Shown: positions 17,893 through 26,988 of the stretch, one piece after another | Layout of the letters: each line of letters starts with the position of its first letter | Position numbering within the stretch: position 1 is the stretch's first letter | NCBI GenBank assembly: GCA_963741945.1 | Contig: CAVUKA010000001.1 | Span: 1,216,001 to 1,280,000, forward strand | Length of the DNA stretch: 64,000 bases | From: an uncultured Gemmatimonadales bacterium | Lineage (GTDB): Bacteria; Gemmatimonadota; Gemmatimonadetes; Longimicrobiales; RSA9 | Direction: 5' to 3' | The notes under the pieces: model-generated | Told to the model about the DNA's origin: nothing | What the model saw: the letters and a program-made list of their open reading frames with translations, nothing else | The model's database searches: none | Program-made: the position numbers and the translations under genes

Positions 17893-19538
17893 CGCTCACC
17901 TCCCTCGCCCGCGCCCAGCGGCCCGGCATCGCCGATCCGCGTGGCAGATCGCGACCCGGGCGCCGATCCCGCGGGGCGCCGCAGCATGCCCACGGTCCGG
18001 TTCTCCGGCGTGAGGTACGCCCTGGCCACGCGCTGCACGTCCGCGGCCGTGACGCCCATGAGGCGGTCCGCGGAACGGAAGGTCTCCCGCCAGTCTCCGT
18101 AGAATGCCACCGACTCGGCCAGCTGGAACGCCAGCCCGAGGTGCGACCCGAGGCGCCGCACTTCCGAAGCCTCGCTCTGGTTCCGCACCCGCTGCATCTC
18201 CTTCTCCGTGGGCGGCTCTGCCTGCAGCTTGCCGATCTCGTCGTAGATCACCGCTTCGAGCTCGGCGGTGGTGTGTCCGGTGAGCGGCTGACTGCTCAGC
18301 GTGAACATGGTCGGGTAGCGGAATCCGGGACCCGTGGAGAAGGAGATGGATGTCGCCAGGTCGCTGTCGAGTACCAGGCGATGATACAGCCGCGACGTCT
18401 TGCCCCCCGCCAGGATCCGCCCCAGCGTGTTCAGCGCCGGCATGTCCGCGCTGTAGCCATCGGGAACGTGCCAGCCCACCATGAGCTGAGGAGCGGCGTC
18501 GAACAGCACTTCCACACGGCGCTCCCCACGCTGCGGCGGCTCGTTCGCCAGCACGGGCGCCGGCACGTCGCCCGGCGGGATCGGGTCGAAGTACTTGTGC
18601 GCCCACGTCAGGACCTGCTTCGGGTCCACGTCCCCCACGATGGCGACCACGGCGTTGTTCGGGCCGTAGAAGCGATGATGGTACGCCCGCACCTGAGCCC
18701 GCGTGTAGCTCTGGATGTCGGACATGTGGCCGATGACGGGAACGCCGTACGGATGAACCCGGTACGCGGCCGCGTAGAACTCCTCCGTCACGCGCCCTTC
18801 CGGGCTCGTCTCCAGCCTCTGCCGCCGCTCCTCCGCCACCACATCGCGCTCGGCGTAGAACTCCCGGAACACCGGGTTCGCCATCCGGTCCGCCTCCATC
18901 ACGAACCAGAGCTCGGCCTTGTTCGACGGCAGGCTCACGAAGTACGTGGTCCCGTCATACGTCGTCACGGCGTTCAGGTCACGCCCGCCCTCCTCCGTGT
19001 AGAGCCGGTCGTATTCGTTCGCCACCACGAACGTCTGGGCACTGTCCTCCAGCATCTTCAGGCGACGCCGGAGACGCACTTCCGACCCTTCGTCCACCCG
19101 ACCCGCCCGCACCAGCAGCAGCGTGTCCTGGACCGAGTCCATGCGCGGGAACAGCGCGAGCTCGCCCGCCAGAGACGTCGACCCGATCGTCGTGGTCCCC
19201 TTGAACAGCAGGTGCTCCAGGAAATGGGCGATCCCCGTCTCACCCAGCACCTCGTTCACAGACCCCACGTCGTAGCGCACCACGAACGAGACCGTGGGCG
19301 CTCCCGGCTGCCGCAGCACCAGCAGACGCATTCCGTTCGCCAGCGTGTCCTCCACCACCGGCAGTCGCAGGCCGGGCGACTCCCTTTCACCCGCCCGGGC
19401 GTCCCCCGCCGCCGTGTCCGCTGTCGCCGTGTCCGCCCGCGGCTCCTGCGCCCGCGCGCTGCCGACGCCGGCCAGTATCACCGCGGCCGCCACTGCGCCC
19501 GCGTGCAGTCCGCCCCGCCATCCTCGCTCCCGCTTCAT
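17889..19538 (-). CDS. M16 zinc metallopeptidase, catalytic subunit
   Basis: Signal peptide; LANGMRL, GSVNE..GETGIAHFLEHLLFKGT (HXXEH), ERDVVAEERR, HPYGVPVIG. Confidence 0.92.
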   Translation of the reverse strand: MKRERGWRGGLHAGAVAAAVILAGVGSARAQEPRADTATADTAAGDARAGERESPGLRLPVVEDTLANGMRLLVLRQPGAPTVSFVVRYDVGSVNEVLGETGIAHFLEHLLFKGTTTIGSTSLAGELALFPRMDSVQDTLLLVRAGRVDEGSEVRLRRRLKMLEDSAQTFVVANEYDRLYTEEGGRDLNAVTTYDGTTYFVSLPSNKAELWFVMEADRMANPVFREFYAERDVVAEERRQRLETSPEGRVTEEFYAAAYRVHPYGVPVIGHMSDIQSYTRAQVRAYHHRFYGPNNAVVAIVGDVDPKQVLTWAHKYFDPIPPGDVPAPVLANEPPQRGERRVEVLFDAAPQLMVGWHVPDGYSADMPALNTLGRILAGGKTSRLYHRLVLDSDLATSISFSTGPGFRYPTMFTLSSQPLTGHTTAELEAVIYDEIGKLQAEPPTEKEMQRVRNQSEASEVRRLGSHLGLAFQLAESVAFYGDWRETFRSADRLMGVTAADVQRVARAYLTPENRTVGMLRRPAGSAPGSRSATRIGDAGPLGAGEGGER

Positions 19539-19735
19539 CCGCTCATTCCCTTCCGGCCAATGCTGCTCCACCGGCCCCGGTCCGCGCGGTGCGACCGCCG
19601 GCCGCGTCGCCCACCTAGAAACGCGCGAGCCTTCGCTGCCGTGACCCCCACCGCTGGAAATCGGAACAGGACACGCCCGATCGGGGCGCGGTCCCCGGGG
19701 AGCCCCCGGGATGTGAAGAAAAAATCACGGCGGTG

Positions 19736-20122
19736 CTAGACCACGGCGACCGCTTCGATCTCCACCAGGATCTGCGGATCGATGAAGCCGTTCACTTCCA
19801 CGAGCGTCGTGGCCGGCCTGGCGTGCCCCAGGACCTCCCCGTGCGCCCGCCCCACGGCTTCCCAGTCCGCGGCGTTGCGGACGTACAGGCGGGTGCGCAC
19901 CACGTGCTCCGGCCGGGCCCCCGCCTCGCCCAGTGCAGCCACGATGATGTCCAGGCAGCGCCTGGCCTGGGCGTAGACATCGCCCGGGAAGGCGATGCGG
20001 CCGTCCTCGTCCACGGGCGCCGTTCCCGAGATGTAGATGGTGTCACCCACCCGGATCGCCCGGGAGTAGCCGACCTTTTCCGCCCAGGGAGCCCCCGTGG
20101 GCACTCGCCGTCGCTCGGTCAT
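19736..20122 (-). CDS. RidA/YjgF family protein
   Basis: GYSRAIRVGDTIYISGT, VVRTRLYV, RPATTLVEV, LVEIEAVA; ATG 20122. Confidence 0.9.
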   Translation of the reverse strand: MTERRRVPTGAPWAEKVGYSRAIRVGDTIYISGTAPVDEDGRIAFPGDVYAQARRCLDIIVAALGEAGARPEHVVRTRLYVRNAADWEAVGRAHGEVLGHARPATTLVEVNGFIDPQILVEIEAVAVV

Positions 20123-20184
20123 GGATTCGAAGATGACGCCGCGCCGCCGGCCTGACCAGTCCGACCGATCCGCGCCGTCCCGCT

Positions 20185-20616
20185 TCAGGAGCGTCCGTTC
20201 GACGACTGCGGCTCGAGACGCCTCACCCGCCGCCGCCGGATCGTGGGGTCCAGCACCAGCCGATCCTCCGCCGCCGTCACCCCGGCCACACCCCGCGCCA
20301 GCTCCAGCACTCTCGCCCGCTCCTCGTCCGAAGCCACCGAACCCGTGATCACCACGCGCCCGTCTACCGGCTCCTCCACGTCCAGCCGACGCCGCCCCAG
20401 GATCGCGTCGTCCCAGAGCCGGTCCAGCACCCGGTCCGCCAATGGTGAGGGCCTGCGGCCGCGGAAGGTGTCGGCCACCAGACGCCGCCCGCGTCGTGAA
20501 GCCAGGAACCCGCTCACCAGCGCCCCGGCGGCCACCGCCACCCCGATCCCCACGCGGAGCCCCAGCCCCATCCCTTCGAACCCTTCCTGTTCCTCCTGCG
20601 CCCTGTTCTTGCCCAT
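20185..20616 (-). CDS. Membrane-anchored BON-domain protein
   Basis: One TM segment, then DGRVVITGSV.S..ER......ARGVAGV..AEDRL (BON pattern). Confidence 0.75.
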   Translation of the reverse strand: MGKNRAQEEQEGFEGMGLGLRVGIGVAVAAGALVSGFLASRRGRRLVADTFRGRRPSPLADRVLDRLWDDAILGRRRLDVEEPVDGRVVITGSVASDEERARVLELARGVAGVTAAEDRLVLDPTIRRRRVRRLEPQSSNGRS

Positions 20617-20769
20617 TCCGTCCTTCCCTCCGGTTCATCCCTCATCGCGGGCGTGCGTCCGGGCCCCGCGCCCCCTGAACTATCCGCTCCTGCAGGCGGC
20701 GCGCCACCCCCGGCACCCGGGTTGTAGCCAGCGCCCGCCCGCGCTATCTTCCCCCCTCGCAGGGAACAT

Positions 20770-20843
20770 CGGGCAGTGGCGCAGTCCGGTAGCGCACCTG
20801 AATGGGGTTCAGGGGGTCGCCGGTTCGAATCCGGCCTGCCCGA
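20770..20843 (+). tRNA. tRNA-Pro(GGG), CCA not encoded
   Basis: Acceptor CGGGCAG/CTGCCCG plus discriminator A, D-arm GCGC/GCGC, anticodon arm CCTGA-AT GGG GT-TCAGG, T-arm GCCGG-TTCGAAT-CCGGC. Confidence 0.96.
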
Positions 20844-20856
20844 CTCGGCTGAAGCG

Positions 20857-20889
20857 AACGTCCGCAAGACTTCCGGTCTTGCGGACGTT
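20857..20889 (+). terminator. Perfect 14-bp hairpin after tRNA-Pro (terminator or processing signal)
   Basis: AACGTCCGCAAGAC-TTCCG-GTCTTGCGGACGTT; only a weak T-rich tail. Confidence 0.65.
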
Positions 20890-21062
20890 GCTGTGTCCGC
20901 ACCCGGGGCGAGCACGCCTGGCGCGTCCCGGCCGGATCGGCGAGCGGGTCACCGGGGACATGGGCGGCACCACTGGGCCTGTGCCCGAAAATTGCAACCC
21001 CGGGAGCGCCGAACGGCGAGGCAGCGAAACCGTTGCAGGATCCACGGAGCGGAGCAGAGCAC

Positions 21063-22541
21063 ATGGAGGAGGCACCCCGGGATCGGTGTCCGATGGGCAT
21101 TTCGGGACTCGACGAAGTCCTGCATGGCGGTCTGATCCGGCAGCGCGCGTACCTCGTCCGGGGCGGTCCCGGGACGGGGAAGACCACGCTGGGGCTTCAC
21201 TTCCTCCAGACGGGGGTGGCGCAGGGAGAGACGGTCCTGCTGATCACGCTCGAGTCCTCCGAGGCGCAGCTCCACGCGGATGCGGAAGCGCAGGGGCTGG
21301 ACGTGTCGGGCATAACGTTCCTGGACCTCAGTCCCGGTCGTGAATTCTTCGCGGAGAACCAGAGCTACGACCTCTTCTCTCCGGCGGACGTGGAGCGGGA
21401 CCCGACCACGCGGCGGATCATCGAGACCATCGAGCGGGAGCGGCCGGCGCGGGTGTTCGTCGACGCCATCACGGCCATGGGCTACCTCGCCCCGGACGCG
21501 TTCCAGTTCCGCAAGCAGGTGCTTTCCTTTCTCCGCTACCTGGTGGAGCACGGGGCGACGGTCCTCATGAGCTCGGAGCCCACCGGCAGCGTCCCCGACG
21601 ACGACCTCCGGTTCATGGCCGACGGGATCATCGAGGTCGAGGTCTCGCCGGATCACGGCACCCTGCGGCGCTCGCTGGGCGTGACGAAGCTCCGGGGATC
21701 GGACTTCGCCGGCGGGCGGCATGCCTTGCGGCTGACGGATCACGGCGTCGTCGTCTTCCCGCGGCTGGTTCCGGGGCGGTACGAGCGGGCGTTCGACCCG
21801 GAGATCGTGCCATCGGGGATCGCGGAGCTGGACGCGATGATGGGCGGCGGGATCGAGCGGGGAACCATCACGATCGTGAGCGGTCCGAGCGGTGTGGGGA
21901 AGACCACGCTGGGGACGCAGTTCCTGGCCGAAGCCGCCACGCGCGGCGAGCGGTCGACGCTCTACACGTTCGAGGAGCAGGAGGAGACGCTCCTGCACCG
22001 CTGCAGCGCCATCGGGATGCCCGTGCGTGACATGGTCGACGCGGGGATGTTGTCGGTGGTGAGCGTGGAGCCGCTGCGCTTCTCTCCCGCCGAGTTCGCC
22101 CTGCTCGTCCGGGAGGAGGTCGAGGAGCGCGGCGCCAGGCTGATCATGATCGACGGGATCTCGGGTTACCGCCTCACGCTTGCCGGCGACGACCTGCTGA
22201 CCCATCTCCACGCCCTCGGCCGCTACCTGAAGAACATGGGCGCGACGGTGCTCCTCATCAACGAGGTTGAGGGGATCACGGGCGAGTTCCACGCCACCGA
22301 CATCGGGGCCAGCTATCTGAGTGACAACCTGATCTTCCTCCGCTACCTGGAGATCGAGGGTGAGCTGCGCAAGGCGATCGGGGTGCTGAAGAAACGGCTG
22401 GGTGATTTCGGCAAGACGCTGCGTGAGATGACCATCACCGATTGCGGGATCGTGGTGGGCGAGCCGCTCACCGGCCTGCGGGGAATCCTCACGGGCACGC
22501 CGGAATGGTCGCATCCCCACCGCTCACCGGGTGAGGCGTGA
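21063..22541 (+). CDS. KaiC-like double RecA-domain ATPase
   Basis: Two Walker A motifs (GGPGTGKTT, GPSGVGKTT), GISGLD/SGIAELD, TLES/TFEE, VTKLRGS/VLKKR, SYLSDNL. Confidence 0.9.
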   Translation: MEEAPRDRCPMGISGLDEVLHGGLIRQRAYLVRGGPGTGKTTLGLHFLQTGVAQGETVLLITLESSEAQLHADAEAQGLDVSGITFLDLSPGREFFAENQSYDLFSPADVERDPTTRRIIETIERERPARVFVDAITAMGYLAPDAFQFRKQVLSFLRYLVEHGATVLMSSEPTGSVPDDDLRFMADGIIEVEVSPDHGTLRRSLGVTKLRGSDFAGGRHALRLTDHGVVVFPRLVPGRYERAFDPEIVPSGIAELDAMMGGGIERGTITIVSGPSGVGKTTLGTQFLAEAATRGERSTLYTFEEQEETLLHRCSAIGMPVRDMVDAGMLSVVSVEPLRFSPAEFALLVREEVEERGARLIMIDGISGYRLTLAGDDLLTHLHALGRYLKNMGATVLLINEVEGITGEFHATDIGASYLSDNLIFLRYLEIEGELRKAIGVLKKRLGDFGKTLREMTITDCGIVVGEPLTGLRGILTGTPEWSHPHRSPGEA

Positions 22542-23617
22542 GTCGAATCCTGCTCCACATGCTCCAGAAGCGGAATCAGCGGCTGCTGGAGGAAGAGCTG
22601 GCCGGGGACCACGAGGTGGCGATCGCGGCCGGCCCGGACGACATCGAGGAGGCGTTCGACCTGCTCGTCGTGGACGGCCGCGCCCTGGACCGGTCATGGG
22701 ACCGGATCCGGGACCGCAAGGACCGCGAGCAGCCGCTGTTCCTGCCCGTGCTTCTGGTCACGTCGCGACCGGACGTGAAGATGACCACCCGCCACCTGTG
22801 GCGGAGCGTGGACGAGCTCATCCTCACCCCCATCGAGAGGCCCGAGCTGCGTGCCCGCCTCCACATCCTCCTTCGCGCCCGGAGCCTCTCGCTGAAGCTG
22901 CAGGAGCGGGCGGCCGCCGCCGAGCAGGCCGCGCGCACCCGCGACGAGGTCATGGCCATGGTCTCCCACGACCTTGGAAACCCGCTCAACCTCGTGCTGT
23001 CGAACGCTTCACTCCTCCTGGAGATCGGTCCGGACCTGGAGCCGGGCCAGCTCAAGCAGGTCGAGGGCATTCATCGGGCAGCACGGCGGATGAGCCGCCT
23101 GACACAGGACCTGCTGGACGTCTCGGGCCTCGAGTCCGGCCACCTGCAGGTCCGCCGCCGTCCGATCTCTCCCGTGACGCTGATCCGGAACGCGCAGGCG
23201 CAGCACGAGCAGGCTGCCGAGGCGCAGTCCATCGCCCTGCTGTGCGAGGCCCCGGACGGGCTGCCCGACGTGAACGCGGATCCGGACCGGATGGACCAGC
23301 TGTTCGGCAACCTGATCGGCAACGCCCTGAAGTTCTCGCCCGCTCACACCGAGATCGCCATCGCGGCGGCCGCGGCCGGCCACCGCATCAGATTCTCCGT
23401 CACCGACACCGGACCCGGGATCGCCGCTTCGGACCGGCCCCACGTTTTCGATCGGTTCTGGCGCGCCGACGGCTCGGATCGAGCCGGGGCAGGACTCGGG
23501 CTGGCCATCGCGAAAGGGATCGTCGACGCCCACGGCGGCGACATCGGGGTGGAGAGCGCTCCGGGCGGGGGCGCCTGCTTCTGGTTCGAGCTCCCGATCG
23601 AGCCGATGAACGGGTGA
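22538..23617 (+). CDS. Histidine kinase with an atypical N-terminal receiver-like domain
   Basis: H-box VSHDLGNPL, N-box NLIGNALKF, DTGPGI, FDRF, GAGLGLAI; N-terminal LLVVD...LLVTS...VDELILTP; GTGA overlap with the KaiC-like gene. Confidence 0.9.
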   Translation: MSRILLHMLQKRNQRLLEEELAGDHEVAIAAGPDDIEEAFDLLVVDGRALDRSWDRIRDRKDREQPLFLPVLLVTSRPDVKMTTRHLWRSVDELILTPIERPELRARLHILLRARSLSLKLQERAAAAEQAARTRDEVMAMVSHDLGNPLNLVLSNASLLLEIGPDLEPGQLKQVEGIHRAARRMSRLTQDLLDVSGLESGHLQVRRRPISPVTLIRNAQAQHEQAAEAQSIALLCEAPDGLPDVNADPDRMDQLFGNLIGNALKFSPAHTEIAIAAAAAGHRIRFSVTDTGPGIAASDRPHVFDRFWRADGSDRAGAGLGLAIAKGIVDAHGGDIGVESAPGGGACFWFELPIEPMNG

Positions 23618-23659
23618 CGGAGCTTCCGCACACCTTCCCGCGCCCCGGGCGCCGCCGCC

Positions 23660-24250
23660 TCATCCGCCGCTGAGTGCGTCCCGGAGCAGGCGCTCCAGAC
23701 GACCCGTGCTCCGACACCGCCCCCGGCTCCCCGTCGCGGTGACGGCGTTCGCCTCCACCTGCATCCGCACTTCCGTGCCACCGTCCGCCGCGATCAGCTC
23801 CGTCCGCACCAGTGGATAGACATCGCCGCTCGTGGCCGTGTTCCCGTACGCGGTCCCTGGACATGTGAAGAAGCGCGCCACAGGATCGCCGGCGATCCGC
23901 CGCACCCGGCCCCCGCTGCTCACCAGGAGGTGACGGTCGCTGTCCGCGCCGGTCACGGCCAGCCCGGCGTCGCCGTACACCCTCACCAGCACGGGCCAGA
24001 GCTCGGTCGGCGGGGCGGGCAGCGTGAGGGTGGAGATGTTGGCCTCGTGGGTCAGCGTCATGCCTTCCGAGCGGCCGTCCGTCTGCACGGTCACCCCGGT
24101 GCGCGACGTCGGGGCGGAGCCGTCCGGCGCGGTGGCGCAGGCCCCGAGCGCCAGTATGGAGGCGAGGATCCCGACCGGGCGAAGATGCAGGACCCGGCGA
24201 AGCCGCGTGGCGGCGCCAGGCCCACCCGGCTGGCGTGTGGACGTGTGCAT
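23660..24250 (-). CDS. Hypothetical lipoprotein
   Basis: Lipobox LGAC after a hydrophobic stretch; two further Cys (FTCPG, RCRSTG); RBS AGGGGAG. Confidence 0.65.
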   Translation of the reverse strand: MHTSTRQPGGPGAATRLRRVLHLRPVGILASILALGACATAPDGSAPTSRTGVTVQTDGRSEGMTLTHEANISTLTLPAPPTELWPVLVRVYGDAGLAVTGADSDRHLLVSSGGRVRRIAGDPVARFFTCPGTAYGNTATSGDVYPLVRTELIAADGGTEVRMQVEANAVTATGSRGRCRSTGRLERLLRDALSGG

Positions 24251-24303
24251 CGGCTCACTCCCCCTGAGGCAGGCGACGACGACCGCCGTCGCTCAAGCCT
24301 AGC

Positions 24304-24459
24304 CTACCCGCCCGCCGTCCGCGTCGTCAACCAGAAGTCTCCGGATCCGCTCCTGCCGAAGAACCCGAACACCTCGTGCAGCGGCAGGGGGAGCATCATC
24401 CGGGCACGGAACACGCGCTCCGGATTTCGCGGGACCCGGCCCCGGACCCCGCCCCTCAC
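24304..24459 (-). pseudogene. Truncated SRPBCC-family N-terminal remnant
   Basis: ERVFRARMMLPLPLHEVFGFFG resembles the start of SRPBCC proteins, after which similarity ends; GTGA overlap with the DUF1722 gene. Confidence 0.45.
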
Positions 24460-24932
24460 ACGCCCGCTTCCGGCGCCGGGGCCAGAAACGTCTGCTCCGC
24501 CAGCCACGGGGTCCCCCATGCCGCCGCCCAGCCCCGCAGCAGCCCCAGCGGCTCCTCCAGAGGAGCCGCCCCCAGGCGGTACTCCTCCACGGCATGCACG
24601 AACCGCCCCCGCTCCTCTGCGGCGAGCCGGTCCGAAACGTGGCCGAAGCCGTGCAGCAGCGCATCCACCGTCCCTCCCACGGTGCGCGCCACGGCCACTG
24701 CCCGCGTGAAGCCGGCTTCGTACTGCGCCACGACCCGCTCCACCGGAAGCCCCTCCTCATTCGCCACCACCCGCCCCAGGACCCGCATCCAGCGCTCGGA
24801 ATGCGCAAGCAGGAGCAGCTTGTTCGCCGCATGGAAACGCACCAGCCCCGCCATGGTGCCGGGGAGCGCCCCGGCCGCCGCCTGCCCGGCCGCCGCCGCT
24901 CCCGGCCCCCGCACGGCGTCGCCCACGCTCAT
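24456..24932 (-). CDS. DUF1722 (YbgA C-terminal) domain protein
   Basis: LVRFHAANKLLLLAHS, LGRVVA, DALLHGFGH, YRLG..PL..PL.LL, WLAEQTFL. Confidence 0.8.
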   Translation of the reverse strand: MSVGDAVRGPGAAAAGQAAAGALPGTMAGLVRFHAANKLLLLAHSERWMRVLGRVVANEEGLPVERVVAQYEAGFTRAVAVARTVGGTVDALLHGFGHVSDRLAAEERGRFVHAVEEYRLGAAPLEEPLGLLRGWAAAWGTPWLAEQTFLAPAPEAGV

Positions 24933-25696
24933 CGCCCCACGCCCATGAGCCCCAGGACTTCGCTCCGCAGCCCGCGGTCATGCTCCAGTGCGCCGCGGAA
25001 CGCCGTGGTCACCATCCTCGCCTCCTCCTTCCGCGCACCCCGCAGCCGCAGACACGAATGCTCCGCCTCGACCACCACCGCCACGCCGCGCGGGTCCAGG
25101 TGCTCCACCAGCGCGTCCGCCACCTGCGATGTCAGACGCTCCTGCATCTGCAGCCGACGGGCGAACACGTCCACCGTCCGCGCCAGCTTGCTCAACCCCG
25201 TGACCCGGCCGTGCGCCGGCAGGTACGCCACGTGCGCCACCCCCGTGAACGGCAGCATGTGATGCTCGCACACACTCGTGAACCGGATCCCGCGCAGCAT
25301 CACCACGTCGTCCCCCGCGTGCTCCTGCGCGAACACCCGCTCCAGGTGCTCCCCCGCCTCCTCCCGTGTCCCCGCCAGCAGCTCCTCGTACGCACGCGCT
25401 ACCCGCGCCGGCGTCTCCAGAAGCCCTTCCCGGTCCGGGTCCTCGCCCAGCCCCAGCAGCAGCTCCCGCACCGCCGCCTCCATCCGCGCGCGGTCCACCC
25501 CCCCCGACCCCCGCCCGCCGACCGGGGACCCCGCCTCCCCGGCACTCTCCCCCGCACCCCGCCGGCTCCGCCCCTGCTCCGTCGTGCCGTTTCGCCCGCG
25601 CTCCACCCCCCCGTTCCGGCCGGGCTCCATGGTGCCGTTCCTTCCGTGCTCCGCCAGGGGCACCGGTGACAGCAGCCGCCTTGCCATCTCACTCAT
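24929..25696 (-). CDS. folE: GTP cyclohydrolase I with low-complexity N-terminal extension
   Basis: GEDPDREGLLETPARVA, SVCEHHMLPF.G.AHVAY, GLSKLAR, RRLQMQERLT, AEHSCL.LRG; start uncertain. Confidence 0.92.
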   Translation of the reverse strand: MSEMARRLLSPVPLAEHGRNGTMEPGRNGGVERGRNGTTEQGRSRRGAGESAGEAGSPVGGRGSGGVDRARMEAAVRELLLGLGEDPDREGLLETPARVARAYEELLAGTREEAGEHLERVFAQEHAGDDVVMLRGIRFTSVCEHHMLPFTGVAHVAYLPAHGRVTGLSKLARTVDVFARRLQMQERLTSQVADALVEHLDPRGVAVVVEAEHSCLRLRGARKEEARMVTTAFRGALEHDRGLRSEVLGLMGVGR

Positions 25697-25859
25697 GTCG
25701 CCCGCCTCTCTTGAATCGTTCAAAACGTTCACGGCAGAAACGTATACCGCCCGCACGGGTCCGTCAATGGTCTTCCATGCGACACCATCATCTGGGGCGA
25801 CACGATGAGCTGATAGGGCCATCGTTGACGGATGGCGTCCGGCGCGCGAGATTGGGGTC

Positions 25860-26783
25860 ATGGCACTGAGCAATCGACCGAATCGTTCAGAACAGCCGGT
25901 CTACCTCTCGCCCCGCGCGCTGGCGGAAGCGATCGGGGTGAGCGAGTCGTCGTTGAAGCGCTGGGCGGACGAGGGGCGGCTGTCGGTGGAGCGGACGGCG
26001 GGGGGGCATCGTCGCATCCCGCTCGGCTCCGCGGTCCGCTTCATCCGGCAGGCGGGTCTCAGGCCGGTGCGTCCGGACGTATTGGGGCTGGCGGAGCTGG
26101 AAGGGGAGGCGGGGGCCGCGTCGCCTTCCCGGGAGGAAGGCGCGGAGCGTCTGTTCACGCTGCTGTCGGCGGACCGGGGGCGGGAAGCGCGGAGCCTGCT
26201 GCTGGCGCTCTACGTCGACGGCGCCTCGCTGGCCTGGCTGCTCGACGGGGTCATCCGGGGGGCGCTGGCTCGGACGGGGGAGCTGTGGCTGGACGGGCCG
26301 GGCGGGATCTTCGTGGAGCATCGCGCGGTGCAGACGTGCCTGGAAGCGCTGGACGGGATCCGTCGCCTGCTCCCTCCTCCGAAACCGGACGCGCCGGTGG
26401 CGCTCGGCGGTGCCGTGTCCGGTGATGTGTACCAGCTGCCGAGCGCCATGGCCGCGCTGGTGGTGGCGGAAGCCGGGTTCCGGGCCCGGAACCTGGGCGC
26501 GGACACGCCGGTGGAGGCCACGCTGGAAGCGGTGCGACACTACAGGCCGCGGCTGGTCTGGCAGTCGTTCAGCGTGACGCCGGCGGATCCGCGGGGCGCG
26601 CTCGCGGGGCAGGAGCGTCTGGCGGGCGCCCTGGCGAGGATGGCGCCGGCGGCGCTGGTGCTGGGGGGCCGCGCGAAGGACGGAATTCCGGTCCCCGCCC
26701 GCCCGAACGTCCACCGGCTGGACACCATGGCGGAGCTGGCCGCGTTCGCGATGGGCGTGGCGGTGCCGTCGCCGGCGGATTGA
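25860..26783 (+). CDS. MerR-type HTH regulator with B12-binding-like domains (CarH/LitR-like)
   Basis: [22 protein letters not shown]...RTAGGHRR; W-x9-EH ([12 protein letters not shown]); GDVYQLP...NLGADTP...LVWQS...LGGR Rossmann-type B12 domain. Confidence 0.8.
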   Translation: MALSNRPNRSEQPVYLSPRALAEAIGVSESSLKRWADEGRLSVERTAGGHRRIPLGSAVRFIRQAGLRPVRPDVLGLAELEGEAGAASPSREEGAERLFTLLSADRGREARSLLLALYVDGASLAWLLDGVIRGALARTGELWLDGPGGIFVEHRAVQTCLEALDGIRRLLPPPKPDAPVALGGAVSGDVYQLPSAMAALVVAEAGFRARNLGADTPVEATLEAVRHYRPRLVWQSFSVTPADPRGALAGQERLAGALARMAPAALVLGGRAKDGIPVPARPNVHRLDTMAELAAFAMGVAVPSPAD

Positions 26784-26808
26784 AGCCGTCCGGGTGAAGG
26801 CTGGCGTC

Positions 26809-26949
26809 AGTGGTGGACTTTCCTGCGCCGTTCAGGCCCAGGAAGCCGTAGATCTCGCCGGGGCGCACCCTGAGTCCCAGCCGATCCACGGCCTGCACAT
26901 CGCCGAAGCGCTTGCCCAGCCCGCGGGTCTCGATGGCGAGCTCGCTCAT
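26809..26949 (-). pseudogene. ABC transporter ATP-binding protein, 5' fragment
   Basis: [47 protein letters not shown]; similarity ends directly after Walker A and the frame runs antisense into the regulator gene. Confidence 0.8.
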
Positions 26950-26988
26950 GCCGCCGGCGTCACGGGCATGGTCGCGGCGGGGTGGCGG

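Noticed and set aside
19712-19729. TGTGA-N8-TCACG as a CRP/Rex site
   Set aside because: The spacer is 8 bp rather than the canonical 6, and there is only one occurrence.
21063-22541. True circadian clock gene kaiC
   Set aside because: No kaiA or kaiB is adjacent, the phosphosite region is SY-type, and the gene is coupled to a histidine kinase instead.
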